Below are positions 60,527 to 64,000 of a stretch of DNA of 64,000 bases, piece after piece. The notes below the pieces were generated by a model that ran no database searches, was not told the DNA's origin, and saw only the letters and a program-made list of their open reading frames with translations. The position numbers were made by a program, and so were the translations under genes. The stretch comes from Armatimonadota bacterium (lineage in GTDB: Bacteria; Armatimonadota; DTGP01; JAKQQT01): assembly GCA_036504855.1 (NCBI GenBank), contig DASXUL010000075.1, positions 12,655 through 76,654 of the forward strand, in the 5' to 3' direction. Numbering within the stretch: position 1 is the stretch's first letter; every line of letters starts with the position of its first letter.

Positions 60527-61912
60527 ATGGAGCATCTCGTGAACCACAAGACCTTCTGGGCGGGCCTTTCGTTGTGCCTGCTGTGCGCCGTCACGGCGGC
60601 GAAGCCCGCCGCGCCACAACCCAAGGTGAAGCCCGCTGCTGCCAGGCGAGTTGTCGTCCAATCGGCTCCGAAGCCAGTGGCGGCGAAAGCGAAACCGGCC
60701 CCGCCGATCGCACCGGCCGCGCTTCTTGCCGCGCCCGCTTCCGTCGTGCCGCCGCCGGTCGCGGCGCTCGTGCCGGCGCCCCCGGCCGTGAAGCCCGCGG
60801 GGCCGGCGCTTGTGAACAACGTTTTCACCGATACCGATATCCGCACAGTGTTCTCCGAAGTGGCCTCGCAGGTTGGCGTTACCATCATCGCAGATGACTC
60901 GGTGAAGAGCCAGAACATCAATGTGGAGTTTAGGAACGATACGGTGGAAGGAGCAGTGGAGAAGACCGCGCTGTTCGGCGGGCTCGTTTGGAAGAAGCGG
61001 TCGGATGGCGTGTACTTGGTCAGCTCCGGCACGCCGGATGCCCCCCTCTTCCGCGAGTTCGCGGTCACGCGGCGCTACATGCCGAGGAATCAGCCGGCCG
61101 CGTCGCTCTTGAGCCTCCTTTCGTCTAGCGCGAAACCGTATGTGGCGGCCGACCAAGCCGGCAACTCGATGTCGGTTTGTGCGCCGGAACCCCTGGCCAA
61201 CGCCATCCTCGCCGATATCAGAGAGCTAGATGCCCCATCGCGCCAGTTCGTGGTGGAGGCCCTCATCACGGAGTTGGGGGCGGACAAGGGGCGCGAGTTC
61301 GGATTCTCGTGGAACTGGAACCAGTTTGGCATGGACTCCAGTCTGACCCTCAATTACGCTAAGGCCACGAGTTCGGACATCGCCAAGCTCAAGGCGCTCA
61401 TCTCTAACGGCACGGCCACCCTCCGCGCTAATCCGCGCATCTCCGCGTTCGAGGGTCAGGAGGCCCTTCTGAACGTCGGCACCGAAACGTACTTCTCTAT
61501 CCTCTCCGGCAATACCAACTTCCCCACAGCCCAGATCCAACTGATCAAGACCGGCGTCACGCTGAAGCTCACGGGCTTCATCGGTGACGATGGCTACATC
61601 ACGTTGGACCTGGACCCCGAAGTCGGCGATTTTGCGGCCAGCGTGGGCGGCAACCCCACAGTCACCGTCCGAAAGGCCAGCACGCATATCCGCGTGAAGT
61701 CCGGCGAGACCATCGTCATCGGCGGCCTCATCCAGGACCAGACTACCTCCTCCACCTCAAAGGTGCCTATCCTCGGCTATGTGCCGATTCTGGGGCAGTT
61801 CTTCACGCAGAGCAGCACAAAGCACAAGCGCACGGACGTTGTGATGATGATCACGCCCCGCCTTACGGAGGCAGGCGCGGGCATCGGCCCGTTGTCGTCC
61901 GGGGCGCGCTGA
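60527..61912 (+). CDS. secretin-family outer-membrane channel protein (GspD/PilQ/CpaC-like)
   Basis: C-terminal secretin domain 'VKSGETIVIGGLIQD...KVPILGYVPILGQFF...MITPRL'. Confidence 0.7.
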   Translation: MEHLVNHKTFWAGLSLCLLCAVTAAKPAAPQPKVKPAAARRVVVQSAPKPVAAKAKPAPPIAPAALLAAPASVVPPPVAALVPAPPAVKPAGPALVNNVFTDTDIRTVFSEVASQVGVTIIADDSVKSQNINVEFRNDTVEGAVEKTALFGGLVWKKRSDGVYLVSSGTPDAPLFREFAVTRRYMPRNQPAASLLSLLSSSAKPYVAADQAGNSMSVCAPEPLANAILADIRELDAPSRQFVVEALITELGADKGREFGFSWNWNQFGMDSSLTLNYAKATSSDIAKLKALISNGTATLRANPRISAFEGQEALLNVGTETYFSILSGNTNFPTAQIQLIKTGVTLKLTGFIGDDGYITLDLDPEVGDFAASVGGNPTVTVRKASTHIRVKSGETIVIGGLIQDQTTSSTSKVPILGYVPILGQFFTQSSTKHKRTDVVMMITPRLTEAGAGIGPLSSGAR

Positions 61913-61927
61913 GGCTGAGCCGGTTTG

Positions 61928-61960
61928 GAAAAGAGGGGCGCCGACCGGCGCCCCTCTTTC
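61928..61960. terminator. rho-independent terminator after the secretin gene
   Basis: AAAAGAGGGGCGCCG-acc-GGCGCCCCTCTTT. Confidence 0.6.
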
Positions 61961-61982
61961 GGCGTCCGGACTTCCGGCGCCG

Positions 61983-61997
61983 CCCCTATAATGGGGG
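61983..61997 (+). promoter_or_regulatory. candidate -10 element (TATAAT) embedded in a CCCC/GGGG palindrome, followed by an AGGAGG RBS
   Basis: gCCCCTATAATGGGGGcAGGAGGccccc-ATG(62010). Confidence 0.3.
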
Positions 61998-62009
61998 CAG
62001 GAGGCCCCC

Positions 62010-64000
62010 ATGGCGAAGGATGTTCTGCTGATCCCCCACAACCACCTGGACCCGGTGTGGCGGCGCGCGTGGCGGCGGCCGGCGGTGAAGGGCGGGGTGA
62101 CGGTGCGGCCATACGCGGAGGTGCAGGAGGCCATTCTCCTGCGCTGGCTGGAGATGGCCGAGCGCGGCATGGCCCTCACCGAGGGCCAGACCGTGGTGTG
62201 GCGGGAGTTCCTGCGCCGCCATCCCGAGGCCGAAGGCGCCGTCCACCGCCACGCCGAGAGTGGTCATCTCTGCATCGTCCTCGCGGGCGAAACGGTGCAG
62301 GATTCCAACCTCCCCGCCGCCGAGGGGCTGATTCGCAATTTCCTGCTCGCCCAGCCGCTTTACGACCGTCTGGCGGGCCCCGCGCATCCCGGTCTGCGCC
62401 TGGCGTGGCTGGAAGACGCTTTCGGGCAGACCCCCAACTACCCGCAGATCCTGCGCGGGGTTCGCGCGGAGGCGGCGTGCGCCACCTTCTATCGCACGTG
62501 CCCGGAAGAGGTCTGGGTGGGCCTCGACGGAACGAGCATCCTCTGTCTCGACCACGTGGCCGTGGCCGCCAGCGCCGGCTCCGTGCGCAAGCATCCCCCC
62601 TGCCCCGCTTGCCAGGGCGCCGGATGCGACGCCTGTGGCGGGACGGGCCTGGTCTGGCGGCCGGCGTGGAGCCGGGAGGACGCGCGCGCCGCGTTGGAGA
62701 CGGCCCTGGCCGCCGATGGCGACGTCGCCATCGTGCGCGTGGGCAGCGAGGAGGGCATCCCTGAGGAGCACCTGACGGATGACGTCGAGGCCTTGAACGC
62801 CGCGCATGCGGGCGAGGGCAAGAACATCCGGTTCGCCACGATGGCGGACGTCTACGCGCTGCACCGCGCGCGCCTGCGCAGGCTCGCCGTCGCGCGGGAT
62901 GACGTCCCCACCCCCGAACTGAACCCGGCCTCGCCCGGTTGCTACGTTACGCGCATTGCCTGCAAACAGCGAACGCGCGCCGCGGCCTACGCCCTGCTCC
63001 GGCGCGAGGCGGAGCAAGCCACGGGTAGCTGGCATGCCGGTGAGCCGATCGCCCCTACGCCGGAGATGACCGAAGCCTGGCGCGGCGTGGTCTTCAACCA
63101 GTTCCACGACGCCATCACCGGCACGCACATCGACGGCGCATACCCGGAACTCATGGAGATGCTGGAAGCGGCCGAGGTCATGGCTGGAACCGCTCCGCCG
63201 CCGGACCCCGCGCCGGAGGGTTTCCGCCCTATCGAGGGCCTTGCCGAGGCGCGCCTCGGCCGCATGGATGTGACGTTCGACCTCACCGGCATCCGCAGCA
63301 TCCTGCTGGACGGCCAGGATGTGTTCGGGCGCCTCCCCTACAACGAGACGAAGCGCGACTTCCGCATCGGCGAGCTGGTTCTGGAGGCGGACTTCGGCGA
63401 TGCCTGGGGAACCCGCATCCCGGCGTTCTGGAGCATGGAAGACGACTTCTCTCAGATCCAACTGGGCGATTTCCACACGGCGGTGGAGGCATCGTCCGGG
63501 GCGATCCGCTGGCGCGGACGGTATACCACGGAGAACCCGCGCGTGCGAGAGCTCGGCTGGACCGTGACGGCCTGTCCTTCCGCCGACGGCCGGCGCCTGG
63601 ATTTCCGGGTGGAGGTGGATTGGGACACGCGCAGCCAGCGCCTGCGCGCGGTCTTCCCGGTGGACTCCCGCGAGACCTCGGCCACATGGGAGGTCCCGTT
63701 CGGCTTCATCGACCGAGCCTTCGACGCCGACCAGATTAACTACAGCCAGTGGAATGCCCACACGATGGATTACCCCGCCCTGCATTGGGTGCGCAAGGCG
63801 GTTGGCCCGCGGACCGGCGTGGCCGTTCTCAATCGCGGCCTCCCGTGCCACCGCTGGCTGCCGGGGCGTTTGGACATCTCGCTCTTGCGTTCGCCGGAGT
63901 GGGAGTTCTGCGCCGTGGAGCCCTGCCACTACGAGTTCTGGGACATCGACGGCCAGCGCGACGCCGGCCGCCACGTTCTGGAGTACGCCCTGCTTCCGTA
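62010..64000 (+). CDS. GH38-family alpha-mannosidase-like glycoside hydrolase (5' part; runs off the window end)
   Basis: N-terminal 'LLIPHNHLDPVW' and 'NQFHDAITGTHID' match GH38 signatures. Strong AGGAGG RBS. Absent from the ORF track, presumably because it has no stop within the window. Confidence 0.6.
   Translation, partial: MAKDVLLIPHNHLDPVWRRAWRRPAVKGGVTVRPYAEVQEAILLRWLEMAERGMALTEGQTVVWREFLRRHPEAEGAVHRHAESGHLCIVLAGETVQDSNLPAAEGLIRNFLLAQPLYDRLAGPAHPGLRLAWLEDAFGQTPNYPQILRGVRAEAACATFYRTCPEEVWVGLDGTSILCLDHVAVAASAGSVRKHPPCPACQGAGCDACGGTGLVWRPAWSREDARAALETALAADGDVAIVRVGSEEGIPEEHLTDDVEALNAAHAGEGKNIRFATMADVYALHRARLRRLAVARDDVPTPELNPASPGCYVTRIACKQRTRAAAYALLRREAEQATGSWHAGEPIAPTPEMTEAWRGVVFNQFHDAITGTHIDGAYPELMEMLEAAEVMAGTAPPPDPAPEGFRPIEGLAEARLGRMDVTFDLTGIRSILLDGQDVFGRLPYNETKRDFRIGELVLEADFGDAWGTRIPAFWSMEDDFSQIQLGDFHTAVEASSGAIRWRGRYTTENPRVRELGWTVTACPSADGRRLDFRVEVDWDTRSQRLRAVFPVDSRETSATWEVPFGFIDRAFDADQINYSQWNAHTMDYPALHWVRKAVGPRTGVAVLNRGLPCHRWLPGRLDISLLRSPEWEFCAVEPCHYEFWDIDGQRDAGRHVLEYALLP

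Noticed and set aside
61986-63974. 662-aa minus-strand ORF
   Set aside because: Antisense to the RBS-supported GH38-like plus-strand gene that runs off the window.

Overview
This is a high-GC (~67%) bacterial chromosomal window. The prepilin-type H-X9-DG (DUF1559) proteins and dockerin-bearing secreted proteins point to a Planctomycetota/Armatimonadota/Verrucomicrobiota-like lineage; this is tentative. The window reads as follows. (i) An araA-like/araB/araD L-arabinose operon, plus glycan-degrading and dockerin genes. (ii) A ~11 kb, 13-gene minus-strand locus encoding a complete ubiquitin-like conjugation toolkit: a ThiF-type E1, two UBC-type E2 paralogs with the HPN...C motif, a 90-aa beta-grasp Ubl, and two JAB/MPN isopeptidases (one with a periplasmic LysM, one with a TM segment and helical tail). 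It also encodes four membrane-anchored proteins that share one binuclear RING/treble-clef-like zinc-finger motif, one of them fused to a CD225/dispanin domain; a trypsin-like S1 protease; and an FHA-domain glycine-zipper membrane protein. This is the most unusual content in the window and, as far as I know, has not been characterised in this expanded membrane-embedded form. (iii) A divergently transcribed, complete chemotaxis operon (cheY-cheX-cheA-cheW-mcp-cheR-cheD-cheY-cheX/C-like-cheB), with a 1036-aa poly-HAMP MCP. (iv) A lower-GC ~5 kb island placed after proS: DndC-like PP-loop enzyme, membrane protein, DGQHR/DndB-like protein, SAM methyltransferase, FRG-domain protein. It is flanked by CAGTC/GACTG stop-rich repeat elements and by a 31-nt near-copy of an internal proS segment. 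(v) A LexA (GAAC-N4-GTTC) box in front of an imuB / small-ORF / dnaE2 mutasome cassette; dnaE2 carries an in-frame repeat insertion. (vi) A Prx / TetR-HlyD-MFS efflux set, a GAF-LuxR regulator, a secretin-containing pilus/secretion locus and a 5'-partial GH38 gene. Many long ORFs in the six-frame track are GC-driven antisense artefacts and were rejected. All calls come from reading the translated ORFs and the DNA by eye; no database search was possible.
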